IMG/VR virus record: IMGVR_UViG_3300042554_001073
Reading direction: 5' to 3' (one strand)
DNA from: a virus
DNA: 64,000 nt
The translations under genes and the position numbers were made by a program. Of this stretch, positions 8,050-17,649 are shown piece by piece. Each line of letters opens with the position of its first letter. Position 1 is the stretch's first letter. The notes below the pieces were generated by a model. The model had not been told where the DNA came from. It ran no database searches and saw only the letters and a list, made by a program, of their open reading frames with translations.

Positions 8050-8907
8050 TCAAACGCATCTATCAGTTCCAGAAAGTTTATATGCCTTCAATACATTATA
8101 TGTTGGATATTCAGTATCATAAAAATATCCACGATACATCATCGTATCAGAAGCTGATGCTAGAGTAGAAGCAATAAATGTACTTCTAGTTGCCGCAACA
8201 AAATTTGACATTGAAGAATAAGTATAAACTACAAGATCTGCAGTTTTTACATAGAAAAGTTGATTTCTCCAATCATAAACAAAACCACGAATACTAAATG
8301 AATTGACACCATCAGTATATTTTGTGACATATGTTGTTGCGCCGGTTGACATATTAATATTAAATTCATAAATCGTGCTTACCGGCGTATAACATCCTAC
8401 ATATATCTTTTTATTAATAGGATCAAAACATACACCTTGCCAGTTTCCATTCGTGTCTATCGTAACACCATCGGAATGTTGAACTAAATCAGAACCATCT
8501 ATCTTTAAAGAATAAAGATATCCGCCATTTGTAGTAAAATAATATCTATCTCCACCAGTTATTCCTGTAACATATACTCCCCCAGTTGGACTTCCTGTTA
8601 TAGCAGATGTAGAACCAACATTTGTCATTGTGGTTCCGGAAGCAATCCAATTCTCTAAAGTGTTTGAGGTTTTTTTCAATTGAACTGGGTTTCCGGATGC
8701 AACATACATTATTCCTCTTTCATTCAGAAGATTTCCATAGATGTCTTGATAAGGAACAATATCAGAAGATCTTTGATAATCTAATCCGCTGATTGTTCTT
8801 TGCGTAGTAAAATTTGCATAGCAAGATATTGAATATACGATAGGCTGTAGTTGAGTAGCATCAACTCTACCAAACCCAAACTTGCTGCCAGTAAAAATAG
8901 GAGCCAT
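8050..8907 (-). CDS. putative receptor-binding head, beta-propeller-like
   Basis: Repeated aromatic beta blades (WQGVCFDPINKKIYVG; IRGFVYDWRNQLFYV); N-terminus MAPIFTG. Confidence 0.6.
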   Translation of the reverse strand: MAPIFTGSKFGFGRVDATQLQPIVYSISCYANFTTQRTISGLDYQRSSDIVPYQDIYGNLLNERGIMYVASGNPVQLKKTSNTLENWIASGTTMTNVGSTSAITGSPTGGVYVTGITGGDRYYFTTNGGYLYSLKIDGSDLVQHSDGVTIDTNGNWQGVCFDPINKKIYVGCYTPVSTIYEFNINMSTGATTYVTKYTDGVNSFSIRGFVYDWRNQLFYVKTADLVVYTYSSMSNFVAATRSTFIASTLASASDTMMYRGYFYDTEYPTYNVLKAYKLSGTDRCV

Positions 8908-8919
8908 ATCTACCTCTTA

Positions 8920-9696
8920 TCAGCGGAATCCACCGTTCTTCGTGGTATAAACCTTATAACTTGTGTTTGTTGTATTCGTTCCACCATTGTAATGTAAGAA
9001 GAATGAAACAAAATCAACATCATTTGCGGTTGTTGAAAGTGTTACAGTAGTACCAGATCCAACTCTTGCTATGGTTGAAATGCCAGAAACTGCTGCTCCA
9101 TTCTCATAACCAACAACATAGCAGTTAGTACCAATACCAGTTCCTGCTGTTGTATTACCAGTTCCTGTTGCGTTTTGAGTAAATAGAACAGTGATTGTAC
9201 TTCCGTTCTGAACACCAGTATCAGCAGGCATATTCTTGAATGAAACAATACCTACGTTACCATTTGCTAGGTTGTGAGTATAAGTCGTTGCGTTTCTTAC
9301 ATCCAACTCAAGAACAACTCTTCCACTACCTAAATCATAAGTAGCACCAACTGCTACTGTCTCAACGACACCTTTAAACTTATTTGGTTCAGAATACTCA
9401 AAGCAACCAGTATCTCTTTCCCACGTCCAAGTTTTATTAGTCGTACCAAAAATTGTAATTCCAGCACCGTCAGCTGTCAAATCTGTTGCTGGAGTGACTG
9501 ATGCGATACCAATATTAGCATCTTCGATTACAAGATTTGTAGTATCAATCGTTGTGGTGGTTCCATTAACTGTGAAATTTCCAGTAACAGTTAATGCTCC
9601 ACCAACAGTCGCATTATTAGTAACAGAAAGAGAAGGAAGAGTTGGTCCTGCTGTTCCTAACCTATTTTTGATAGTATCTACGTTTAACTGCGACAT
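8920..9696 (-). CDS. tail-fibre protein with conserved C-terminal domain, paralog of 15029..16036
   Basis: VTGNFTVNGTTTTIDTTNL; ADGAGITIFG; NVGIVSFKNMPA; TTANDVDFVSF. Confidence 0.8.
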   Translation of the reverse strand: MSQLNVDTIKNRLGTAGPTLPSLSVTNNATVGGALTVTGNFTVNGTTTTIDTTNLVIEDANIGIASVTPATDLTADGAGITIFGTTNKTWTWERDTGCFEYSEPNKFKGVVETVAVGATYDLGSGRVVLELDVRNATTYTHNLANGNVGIVSFKNMPADTGVQNGSTITVLFTQNATGTGNTTAGTGIGTNCYVVGYENGAAVSGISTIARVGSGTTVTLSTTANDVDFVSFFLHYNGGTNTTNTSYKVYTTKNGGFR

Positions 9697-9722
9697 CTTA
9701 TTGATACTTTTTTAGATATTTA

Positions 9723-9911
9723 TCATAAAGAATTTGTGGTTATATTTATTTTTAAATTTTCATACTCTGGATACATACCACGTAAAAAAACTTTAACTTC
9801 ATTCTCAATAAGATTTTTATACTCTTCTAAAGTATTTGTTGGTTTATTTTCCCCATAAGGAATAAATTCATCATTGATTTGAAAATTAATTTCTATTTTT
9901 GTATCTAACAT
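9723..9911 (-). CDS. hypothetical protein
   Basis: 62 aa AT-rich ORF between fibre genes. Confidence 0.55.
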   Translation of the reverse strand: MLDTKIEINFQINDEFIPYGENKPTNTLEEYKNLIENEVKVFLRGMYPEYENLKINITTNSL

Positions 9912-9920
9912 TTGTTAAAT

Positions 9921-10937
9921 TTACCTCACTATTTTAAAAATAACCGCACCACCATTTCCCCTATTTCCAGCAGAAGATGGCTTTATTCCTGGGTTTGCTG
10001 GATCATCTACAGCAATTCCTGATGTTGGTTCTCCAGGTGATGCATCAAAATCTGCGGTATTGCTAAGAACTGGATTGATGTATGAAGAACCTCCACCACC
10101 ATTAGCATAATATCCTCCAGCTCCACCACCACCATAATATCCACCCCCACCAGCGCCGCCGCCATTTGTGCCCGAAGCTCCGCCCCCATATTTTATACCA
10201 GGACTTCCTGCTGGTTCTCTTCCTGCAGACCCACCAGCCCCACCAGCACTTTGAGTACCACCACCACCAAAGATAGCACCATCGGATGGATAATAAGCTC
10301 CACCAGGTTCACCACTAGGATATCCAGCTTGTCCATTTACGGTACCGGTATCTAAGTAATTTGATCCTCCTCCTCCACCACCACCAATTAAAAGATATTG
10401 TGTTGGAGCATTATTTCTTGTTGGAAAGGGAATTGTTCCATCACCAATACGTGATGATCCTCCTCCTGCGCCGCTGAAATAAGTGCTATTACATATACCA
10501 CCATCTGGAAAAGTACTAGTACCGTTTGTTGTAGTACTAGAACCAGCCGCAACTAAAACAGTTAATGAACTTCCAGAATTTACCATATATCTTCCCCTAA
10601 CACCAGCTCCAGCTCCACCACCTCCTGGTCCTGGTGAACCTCCATTTCTTCCACCTCCACCCCAAGCCCACATATCAAAAGTTATAGGATATGATGTTGG
10701 ACTTACCGTTAATACATAATATCCAGCTGTTGAGAATGTTGTAGTATAACCAGTTTGAACATTGGGATATGGAGTTACTACCGGATTTGCTCCAGAGGTA
10801 TCATATGCATTTACTGAATAACTATAAAGGAGTGCTGCTTGTGTTTCTTCAGCGGAGTGGTAATCTATAGATTTACCACTCACATTATATCCACCAAATG
10901 CACCTCTTGTGTTACTTTTAATATTTTTAAATGCCAT
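9921..10937 (-). CDS. glycine-rich head, ALK/LTK-GRD-like subtype (likely start MAFKNIK at 10937)
   Basis: FDMWAWGGGG...GAGGGSS...LIGGGGGGG...GGGGYYGGG...GGGGSSYI. Confidence 0.75.
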   Translation of the reverse strand: MAFKNIKSNTRGAFGGYNVSGKSIDYHSAEETQAALLYSYSVNAYDTSGANPVVTPYPNVQTGYTTTFSTAGYYVLTVSPTSYPITFDMWAWGGGGRNGGSPGPGGGGAGAGVRGRYMVNSGSSLTVLVAAGSSTTTNGTSTFPDGGICNSTYFSGAGGGSSRIGDGTIPFPTRNNAPTQYLLIGGGGGGGSNYLDTGTVNGQAGYPSGEPGGAYYPSDGAIFGGGGTQSAGGAGGSAGREPAGSPGIKYGGGASGTNGGGAGGGGYYGGGGAGGYYANGGGGSSYINPVLSNTADFDASPGEPTSGIAVDDPANPGIKPSSAGNRGNGGAVIFKIVR

Positions 10938-10938
10938 G

Positions 10939-11301
10939 TCATACCTCCTTATCACCCAACACTAAAACATTAATAGAATTAGATATATTACCTTCATTAT
11001 AAACCTGAAGTGTATCTCCATTATTTCTTAATGTAATTGGATATGCAGGTTCAAAGAAGAATGTATCATCAGTTGATATTCCAATTCTTGCTATTCTTGT
11101 CGTTGTATTTGCAGTTCCAGAACTTCCACCACTATTCTGAACTACATGGAGTTGAACGTTCTGAGTTCCTGTTGGACTTAAATTGTAAAGTAATACACTC
11201 TTAATATAAGCAGTTTGAGCAGATCCAACCGTATAAACTGCAGCGGTTACTCCTGCTCCAATCTGCGTAGTAAATCCTAAGTTACCTCTATTAAGTGCCA
11301 T
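10939..11301 (-). CDS. small beta-rich virion protein (adaptor family, copy 4)
   Basis: MALNRGNL...AYIKSVLLYN...DTFFFEPAYPITL...VLVLGDKEV. Confidence 0.8.
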   Translation of the reverse strand: MALNRGNLGFTTQIGAGVTAAVYTVGSAQTAYIKSVLLYNLSPTGTQNVQLHVVQNSGGSSGTANTTTRIARIGISTDDTFFFEPAYPITLRNNGDTLQVYNEGNISNSINVLVLGDKEV

Positions 11302-11323
11302 CTTATTTCTGTTTTATATCTAT

Positions 11324-11503
11324 TTAGAAGAGTGAACTGTCGCGCCAATCTGATGATGCTGGAATATTAATCCCAGTCAGACCAGCACCATCACCACTAA
11401 AACTTGTAGCAGTAACAATACCGGTTACGGTAGCACCAAATGGGAAATCAGGCGCTCCAGTATCTTCTTTGTTTACTATCGTATCAACCTGTATTTTTGA
11501 CAT
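11324..11503 (-). CDS. 59 aa tail-fibre stub missed by the ORF track (MSKIQVDTIVNKEDTGAPDFPFGATVTGIVTATSFSGDGAGLTGINIPASSDWRDSSLF)
   Basis: Translated by hand. Carries the fibre motif, has its own late promoter (11524..11529), and its stop TAA is the start of the next TAAATA. Confidence 0.85.
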   Translation of the reverse strand: MSKIQVDTIVNKEDTGAPDFPFGATVTGIVTATSFSGDGAGLTGINIPASSDWRDSSLF

Positions 11504-11540
11504 CTCTATACTTCTTTTCTAGTTATTTATGATATTAAAG

Positions 11541-12146
11541 TTATATCCAACCACACCATCCAGTAACAATGTACTTTAAACCTTTATTTGATTCTGATCT
11601 GTGAAAAGTTGTAGGTCCAGTTGGCCAAATAACACATCTACCTTTTTTTGCTTTAACTGTTGGATGGTTGTAAAATTCTGTTCCGGATTTAGCATTATTT
11701 AGATAAAAACTCCAAACCAAAATTCTTTTAGAGCAATCTAATCTACCATTTTCCATATGCCAGTTTTTATAACCATCTTCACCATTTTCATATTTTTGAA
11801 AGTTGAATATATCTTCAATATCCCAGTAGTCAACATTAGTACCAAGAAGAGGATACTTCTTGACATACAAATCTAATTGTTTTCTAAGAGAGGGATATAC
11901 AATATTTCCTATATTACTTCCATTAGAAAATTTTAAGTTTCCAATCTCTTTACAACTTTTAATATTTTTATCAATTACATATCCTTCATTAGAAAAAACT
12001 TTTCCATCAGTAATTTTTTCTGTATTTTTTTCAAATTCATTAATTAAAATATCACACTCTTTATTTGAAAGAGCATTATCATAACATTCAATAAAAGATG
12101 TATTGAACTTGGGAATAATATAATTAAACATTATAAAATAAAACAA
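11541..12146 (-). CDS. 2OG-Fe(II) oxygenase
   Basis: YKNWHME...RILVWSFYLN...GTEF...FHRSESNKGLKYIVTGW; visibly AT-rich. Confidence 0.85.
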   Translation of the reverse strand: MFYFIMFNYIIPKFNTSFIECYDNALSNKECDILINEFEKNTEKITDGKVFSNEGYVIDKNIKSCKEIGNLKFSNGSNIGNIVYPSLRKQLDLYVKKYPLLGTNVDYWDIEDIFNFQKYENGEDGYKNWHMENGRLDCSKRILVWSFYLNNAKSGTEFYNHPTVKAKKGRCVIWPTGPTTFHRSESNKGLKYIVTGWCGWI

Positions 12147-12154
12147 TACTGTTA

Positions 12155-13129
12155 TTATATTGGATATGCGACAACAATAATACCAGAACCACCAGAACCA
12201 CTAGTTCCGCTGCTTTGTCCTCCACCACCGCCGCCACCGCCAGTGTTATTAGTTCCAGCAGTACCTGGAGTACTTTGAGGACTATTTGGAGATCCAGCTC
12301 CACCACCACCTGCTCCACCTACTCCAGCAGACGCTGGATATGCCATTCCACCACCACCCCCACCAAACCATCTACCTGGTGTTGGTCCTGGTGTTCCATA
12401 TGATGGAGGTAAAGTTAATCCTGCGACAACTCCAACACCACCGTCTCTATTACCGGCGGGAGCATTTCCACCTGCGCCACCACCACCGCTAGGAGCTCCA
12501 GGACCACCAGCATAACCTTGCGTAAAAGCATATGGATGACTTTCTCCGGGGAAATCTGACGCAATAATAGGCGCTGGTGTTGATGGATTTAAACCTGGCT
12601 TAAAAGAACCTCCTGCGTTGTCTGCTCCACCGCCACCAGATCCACCAGTTGTTGCTGAACCTCCATTATCTGAAGATCCTCCTCCTCCACCATAAGCTGT
12701 GTATGAAAGAAAAGTAGTATTAGGTGCTCTAACAGAAGCAGAGTTTGGAAATGTTACAGGAACCGCATTGCCGCCGGCACCTACAGTCGCCGTATAAGTT
12801 CCTTGTGAAATTGATACACTCGGAATAAACAAATATCCACCTGCTCCTCCTCCACCACCAAGACGACCTCCACCAGCTCCACCACCACCAACCATCATAA
12901 CAGAAACATTATCTATTGATTGAGATGTTGTAAATTGCCCAGTACTAGTAAAAACATGATATCTCTTTCCATCACCTGGGGTTAAAATAGTTCCACCAGT
13001 TACAATATTTACTGTTGATATATTTAAACTTGTGTCGTACAGAGTTGCTATACCACCAAAAACTGATTTAAATTCATATCCAGTTTTATCGGTAGCAAAT
13101 CCAATATAACCCCTATAATTTCTAGACAT
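12155..13129 (-). CDS. glycine-rich putative adhesin head
   Basis: TGGTILTPGDGKRYHVFTSTG...SYGTPGPTPGRWFGGGGGG...GGSGIIVVAY. Confidence 0.8.
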   Translation of the reverse strand: MSRNYRGYIGFATDKTGYEFKSVFGGIATLYDTSLNISTVNIVTGGTILTPGDGKRYHVFTSTGQFTTSQSIDNVSVMMVGGGGAGGGRLGGGGGAGGYLFIPSVSISQGTYTATVGAGGNAVPVTFPNSASVRAPNTTFLSYTAYGGGGGSSDNGGSATTGGSGGGGADNAGGSFKPGLNPSTPAPIIASDFPGESHPYAFTQGYAGGPGAPSGGGGAGGNAPAGNRDGGVGVVAGLTLPPSYGTPGPTPGRWFGGGGGGMAYPASAGVGGAGGGGAGSPNSPQSTPGTAGTNNTGGGGGGGGQSSGTSGSGGSGIIVVAYPI

Positions 13130-13143
13130 TTTTTGTTTACCTA

Positions 13144-13518
13144 CTAACTAATCTCTTCATAAGAGCAAATAATTCCAATCGTATTTGTTGTACTAGCAGT
13201 ACCTGTTAGTGAGCGATTTTCTTCCAAATAAATTGGAGTATCTTTTCCTGTAATAACTACTGTGGTATCTGCTGGAACAGCAATCGTATAAGCAATTGGG
13301 ACAGAAGTTCCTGCTCCTAAAGCCTCATTATGGTACTTAATTGTTATATCACCGCTAGATGTTCCACTAATATTGCTTACCATCAAAGTATTTACTTTTA
13401 AAACCTTACCGCTGGCAGCAGCATTGGAAAGAAATGTTGTTATTGAAGTAGTACTTAGCGAAACTGCGGTTGTTATTCCAGTAACAGTGGTTATTCCAAG
13501 AAGATTGGGATTTGCCAT
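13144..13518 (-). CDS. small beta-rich virion protein (adaptor family, divergent copy 3)
   Basis: KVLKVNTLMVSN...VPADTTVVI...PIYLEENRSL; same fold pattern as the other adaptors. Confidence 0.7.
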   Translation of the reverse strand: MANPNLLGITTVTGITTAVSLSTTSITTFLSNAAASGKVLKVNTLMVSNISGTSSGDITIKYHNEALGAGTSVPIAYTIAVPADTTVVITGKDTPIYLEENRSLTGTASTTNTIGIICSYEEIS

Positions 13519-13536
13519 TTTATTTTTTTATATTAT

Positions 13537-13719
13537 TTATCCGAAAAGTTGATTATAGGTATAAACTTTTGCCGCATCAAAAGCAACAATTCCCGACAAG
13601 TTAGATCCATCACCACTGAAACTTGTTGCTGTTACGATACCTGCTACATTAACACTGTTGTCAACAGCGATAGATTGTCCACCTCTGGATCCAAGTCTAT
13701 CTGTATAAATCTTAGACAT
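13537..13719 (-). CDS. short tail-fibre stub
   Basis: GIVTATSFSGDGSNLSG; C-terminus KVYTYNQLFG. Confidence 0.75.
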   Translation of the reverse strand: MSKIYTDRLGSRGGQSIAVDNSVNVAGIVTATSFSGDGSNLSGIVAFDAAKVYTYNQLFG

Positions 13720-14069
13720 CAGAGACCTCCGATTTGTAGAACATCAATCACCATAGTTTTACCAAGTCCAACAGTTACTCCAACACCAGATGCGATAGTA
13801 ATGTTTGGAACAACAGCAACAACATAAGAATCATAGTTTCCTGCGTTGGTGTTATCAAAAGTGATGCTTGAAGTTACTGTAGCCGCAGCAGCAACATAGT
13901 TAAACAAACCATCAGCATCACCAGTCGGTTGTCCAACTCCACCACCAACTCCAGTTAGTTGTGAACCATCACCAGAAAATGCTGATGCTGTTACGATGCC
14001 AGTAAAACTTGCACCACCAGATACATTTCCTACGATATTACTGACTAATTGTACCTTCGTCTGTGACAT
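13719..14069 (-). CDS. short tail-fibre protein
   Basis: GIVTASAFSGDGSQLTG motif followed by a beta segment. Confidence 0.75.
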   Translation of the reverse strand: MSQTKVQLVSNIVGNVSGGASFTGIVTASAFSGDGSQLTGVGGGVGQPTGDADGLFNYVAAAATVTSSITFDNTNAGNYDSYVVAVVPNITIASGVGVTVGLGKTMVIDVLQIGGL

Positions 14070-14093
14070 TGTATTGTCTTTCTAGTTATTTAT

Positions 14094-15023
14094 TCACGCT
14101 AGATACCTAATGATTACAACTCCAGACCCACCATTTTTTTGCGTTGTTGTTGTACCACCATAGTAGTTGGCAGCTCCACCACCACCCAATCCATCAGTTC
14201 CTTTTTGTGGAATATTTGGATATCCACCACCTCCACCACCAGTGACCCTAGTTGTTGGAACATATCCCCATCCATATCCACCACCACCATAGTGATTATT
14301 TGTGGGTGATGCTGCTTCTGGTGCTATTGGTCCCAATCCAACAATAGGATATTCAAATCCCGGGAATGGTTGTCCTGGACCACCTATACCACCAGATGCG
14401 CTTGTATTTGATGGTCCAGGAGTTCCAGCACCTCCTGCTCCACCACCTCCACCAGATTGATATGCTCCAGCATTTGGTGATCCATTTCCTCCAGGATTTC
14501 CGTAGTTTGTTGCGGTTGCTGGTTTTGGTTGTGATTGTTGATTTCCTGGACCACCTGTGGACGTAGGTTCCGCACCACCACCACCAGATCCTCCAGCCGC
14601 ACCTGGAGTTGTTGGATATAAACCTCCTCTACCCCCACCTTTTGCTGTAAGTAATGGACTAAAACTTGAGTCTCCGCCTGGTGTTGCTCCTGGAAATGGT
14701 CCTCCAGTTCCTCCAGGACCAACAGTAACAGAATATGGTCCAGGAATAAGAGGAAAAGAAGTATCATATACTATACCTCCACCACCTCCACCACCACCAT
14801 AGTAATCAATACCACCACCGCCACCAGCAACAACAAGTATTTGTGCTGTTCCAGACCCAGAGCTGACTACAAAAGAACCGGGTGAAGTAAAAGTATTATA
14901 CTTATATCCATTTCCTGGCGTATATAATGTTCCACCAGTAGCAGTAATAGCGGAAGGTCCACTCGCAACTTCAGCAGCTGCTTTAAAAAATCCTCTAGCA
15001 ATTCCAGTAAAAAATGGTGCCAT
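14094..15023 (-). CDS. glycine-rich putative adhesin head with MAPFFTG N-terminus
   Basis: ITATGGTLYTPGNGYKYNTFTSPG...GGSGVVIIRY. Confidence 0.8.
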   Translation of the reverse strand: MAPFFTGIARGFFKAAAEVASGPSAITATGGTLYTPGNGYKYNTFTSPGSFVVSSGSGTAQILVVAGGGGGIDYYGGGGGGGGIVYDTSFPLIPGPYSVTVGPGGTGGPFPGATPGGDSSFSPLLTAKGGGRGGLYPTTPGAAGGSGGGGAEPTSTGGPGNQQSQPKPATATNYGNPGGNGSPNAGAYQSGGGGGAGGAGTPGPSNTSASGGIGGPGQPFPGFEYPIVGLGPIAPEAASPTNNHYGGGGYGWGYVPTTRVTGGGGGGYPNIPQKGTDGLGGGGAANYYGGTTTTQKNGGSGVVIIRYLA

Positions 15024-15028
15024 AATAA

Positions 15029-16036
15029 TTAAGGTTTAATATTACCAAATCTAAAAGAACTTACATCACTACCAAAAACAGTATAGTTTGATGTTGTTGC
15101 TGCTCCAGATCCATTATAGTGAACAGCAAATGTCATAATATCAATATCACTACCAGTTGAGGACATTGTTAAAGTACTAGCAGTAGAAACTCTTGCTGAA
15201 GTTGTTAGTCCAGATGATGCTCCAATTGGCCATAACTGTATATTTGTACCGACACCAGTTACCGCAGTTGTATTACCAGTTCCAGAAGAATTTTGCGTTA
15301 TCAGTATTGTAAATGTTGTGACTGAATTTTTAGTTGCTGGAAAATTCTTGAATGATACAATTCCAATATTTCCTCCAGTTGGTATCGTATGAGTGAATAC
15401 TGTGCCATTTTGTGCGTTACACTCAAGAAGAAACTTTCCTCCACCTAAAGAATATGTCGATGCGACAGATACAGTTTCAACAGCACCTTTTATATCAACT
15501 CCATCACTGAAAGTAAATGAGTCTGAATCATTTTTCCAAACCAAAGATTTATTAGTGTCACCATAAATTACAATTCCTGCCCCATCAGCATTTGAATCTG
15601 TTGGACTTGCTGTTGATGCTATACCTACAGTTTTATCCGAAACATCCAGAGTTGTAGTATTAATAATAGTTTGAGTGCCATTAACCGTTAAGTTTCCACT
15701 TAAAGTTAAGTTTGTTCCTGTGGCATTTGTTGATAATGTATTTGCTGCTGTTGCTACACCCGCCGTTGTGGCATAAGTAGCGATTCCTGCTGTTGTAGAA
15801 TAAGTGGAAATTCCTGCTCTTGTAGCATAAGTTGCGGTAGAAGCAGTAATATTGGTTAATGATGAACCATTACCACTAAAACTAGTAGCAGTTATAACAC
15901 CAGAAACACTTACATCGCCGGATACTGTTAAATCCGATGTCGCAACAGTTGTACCGATACCAACTTTATCATTATTGACATCTACAAAGATATTATTATC
16001 AGTAACTAGATTGGCAGTCTGTCTGGTTTTTCCCAT
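15029..16036 (-). CDS. tail-fibre protein, paralog of 8920..9696
   Basis: 9-aa (A/S)TxAGxATY repeats; ADGAGIVIYG; NIGIVSFKNFPA; STGSDIDIMTF. Confidence 0.8.
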   Translation of the reverse strand: MGKTRQTANLVTDNNIFVDVNNDKVGIGTTVATSDLTVSGDVSVSGVITATSFSGNGSSLTNITASTATYATRAGISTYSTTAGIATYATTAGVATAANTLSTNATGTNLTLSGNLTVNGTQTIINTTTLDVSDKTVGIASTASPTDSNADGAGIVIYGDTNKSLVWKNDSDSFTFSDGVDIKGAVETVSVASTYSLGGGKFLLECNAQNGTVFTHTIPTGGNIGIVSFKNFPATKNSVTTFTILITQNSSGTGNTTAVTGVGTNIQLWPIGASSGLTTSARVSTASTLTMSSTGSDIDIMTFAVHYNGSGAATTSNYTVFGSDVSSFRFGNIKP

Positions 16037-16041
16037 TTATT

Positions 16042-16482
16042 TCACTTACTAAGATCTTCAATCTCTTTCTTCAAGATATTTATTTGCTCTTGCTGCTCTT
16101 TAACTGCTTCAATTAGTAAACCGATTAGTCCGTTATAGTTCAGAGATTTATATCCAGTTGGATTATCTCTAATGATTTCTGGTAATACTTTTTCAACGTC
16201 TTGTGCGATTACTCCAGCTGATGGTTGATGAGTATCTGTCCAATCAAAAGAAACCCCATTTAATTGGAGAACTTTTGAAACCGCATCATCAATCGTCTTA
16301 ATATTTTCCTTTAAGTTAACATCAGACGTTGAGTTAAAGTCACCCGCAGCAACAGTTCCAGACACTGTAAGTGATGAAAGATTTGATATAGAACTTGAAG
16401 TCATATCAAGATTATCAGAAGCCGATAACTCCTGAATTTGACCTGCTGATGTATTAAAAATTAAGGGAAATCTATCTGCCAT
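16042..16482 (-). CDS. mini-fibre with peptidase S74 intramolecular chaperone
   Basis: STSDVNLKENIKTI...LNGVSFDW...GVIAQDVEKVLPE...LNYNGLIGLLIEAVKE followed by a coiled coil. Confidence 0.85.
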   Translation of the reverse strand: MADRFPLIFNTSAGQIQELSASDNLDMTSSSISNLSSLTVSGTVAAGDFNSTSDVNLKENIKTIDDAVSKVLQLNGVSFDWTDTHQPSAGVIAQDVEKVLPEIIRDNPTGYKSLNYNGLIGLLIEAVKEQQEQINILKKEIEDLSK

Positions 16483-16504
16483 GGTTCTTATGTCTTAAAT
16501 GTAT

Positions 16505-17398
16505 TTAGAAAGATACTGTAGCAATACCAGAACGTAAAGATATTGTAAGTCCAACACCAGTTACACTTTGTGTAAATGCACCTGCTCTGGTTCCTATAGT
16601 CAATACAGAAGAAGGACCCTGAGGACCAGTATCTCCGATACCCAATCTATACTCAACAACATCAACTACATCCCCCGCAGAAGCAGCATCCGCTAGAGTT
16701 ATTTTTGATCCATCTTCAGCAAATTCAGCAGAACTAAGTCTTACTCCATTAAGATAAACATCAACATATCCAATAGTATGTGATACTGTAAATTCTTTTT
16801 GACCTTGAGTTGCTGTAAATGTAGTTGATGTTTTACCTGCTTGAAGTACAGGATCCGATTCTTGTGTTGGAATATTAAAGGGAGCAGAATCAACCCACTG
16901 CGAAGAATCCCCATCATTATAATAGATAAATGTTCGTCCAATAATAGAGTTATACCACATATCACCAGCAGTTGGTGATGTTGGTGCTACTGTACTGATA
17001 GCAACAGTAGCACTAGCACTTCCTCCACCAAGTCCTACTCCATAATCTACAATATTAGAAGTAGAAATTCCAGTTATATTAGAACCGTCACCAACAAATG
17101 ATATTGCGGTGACAACACCAGAAATACTAACATTACCTTGAACTGTAAGTGCTGATGTTGGGAGTGTTGATCCAATACCAACATTACCAGCAGTAAAATA
17201 TGCGTTATAACTATCTGTTCCAGTTCCTACCCTGAATGGGTTGATGGCAATAACTGTTGTTCCAATACCTACATTTTTGGATGCGTAGAGATATCCGTCG
17301 TAAGTGTTTAGGGCTAGTTCGCCTAATGGAACTTGATCAGGTGTAGGAATTTTACCCTCAACCGCTGACCGTTTAATCTTAATCGTTGGGTCTGCCAT
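16505..17398 (-). CDS. tail-fibre protein
   Basis: IKIKRSAVEGKIP...GELALNTYDG N-terminus; GDMWYN...SQWVD; ATQGQKEFT...DVYLNGVRL. Confidence 0.8.
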   Translation of the reverse strand: MADPTIKIKRSAVEGKIPTPDQVPLGELALNTYDGYLYASKNVGIGTTVIAINPFRVGTGTDSYNAYFTAGNVGIGSTLPTSALTVQGNVSISGVVTAISFVGDGSNITGISTSNIVDYGVGLGGGSASATVAISTVAPTSPTAGDMWYNSIIGRTFIYYNDGDSSQWVDSAPFNIPTQESDPVLQAGKTSTTFTATQGQKEFTVSHTIGYVDVYLNGVRLSSAEFAEDGSKITLADAASAGDVVDVVEYRLGIGDTGPQGPSSVLTIGTRAGAFTQSVTGVGLTISLRSGIATVSF

Positions 17399-17460
17399 TC
17401 AACCTCATATGGTGGTATAAACCGTAGAAACTCTTATATAAGAGTGTTAAAGGTATTTAT

Positions 17461-17649
17461 TTAAGTGAAATCTTCTTCCTTCGTTACTCTTTTAGGTTTT
17501 GAAGATAACTTCTTAATTTCTTCTTGTAGTGATGAAATTGTTTTAGATAACTGCTCTACTTGAGTTTCTAGTACAATATTTTGGTTGAATAACTCAAATG
17601 CTTTTTGTTGATATTTTGCCAATACCGCTTTTAAATCATCTTCAGACAT
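17461..17649 (-). CDS. small coiled-coil protein
   Basis: 62 aa with heptad periodicity. Confidence 0.7.
   Translation of the reverse strand: MSEDDLKAVLAKYQQKAFELFNQNIVLETQVEQLSKTISSLQEEIKKLSSKPKRVTKEEDFT

Noticed and set aside
7674-8168. Plus-strand 164-aa ORF
   Set aside because: Overlaps two well-supported minus-strand genes and the sigma70 promoter.
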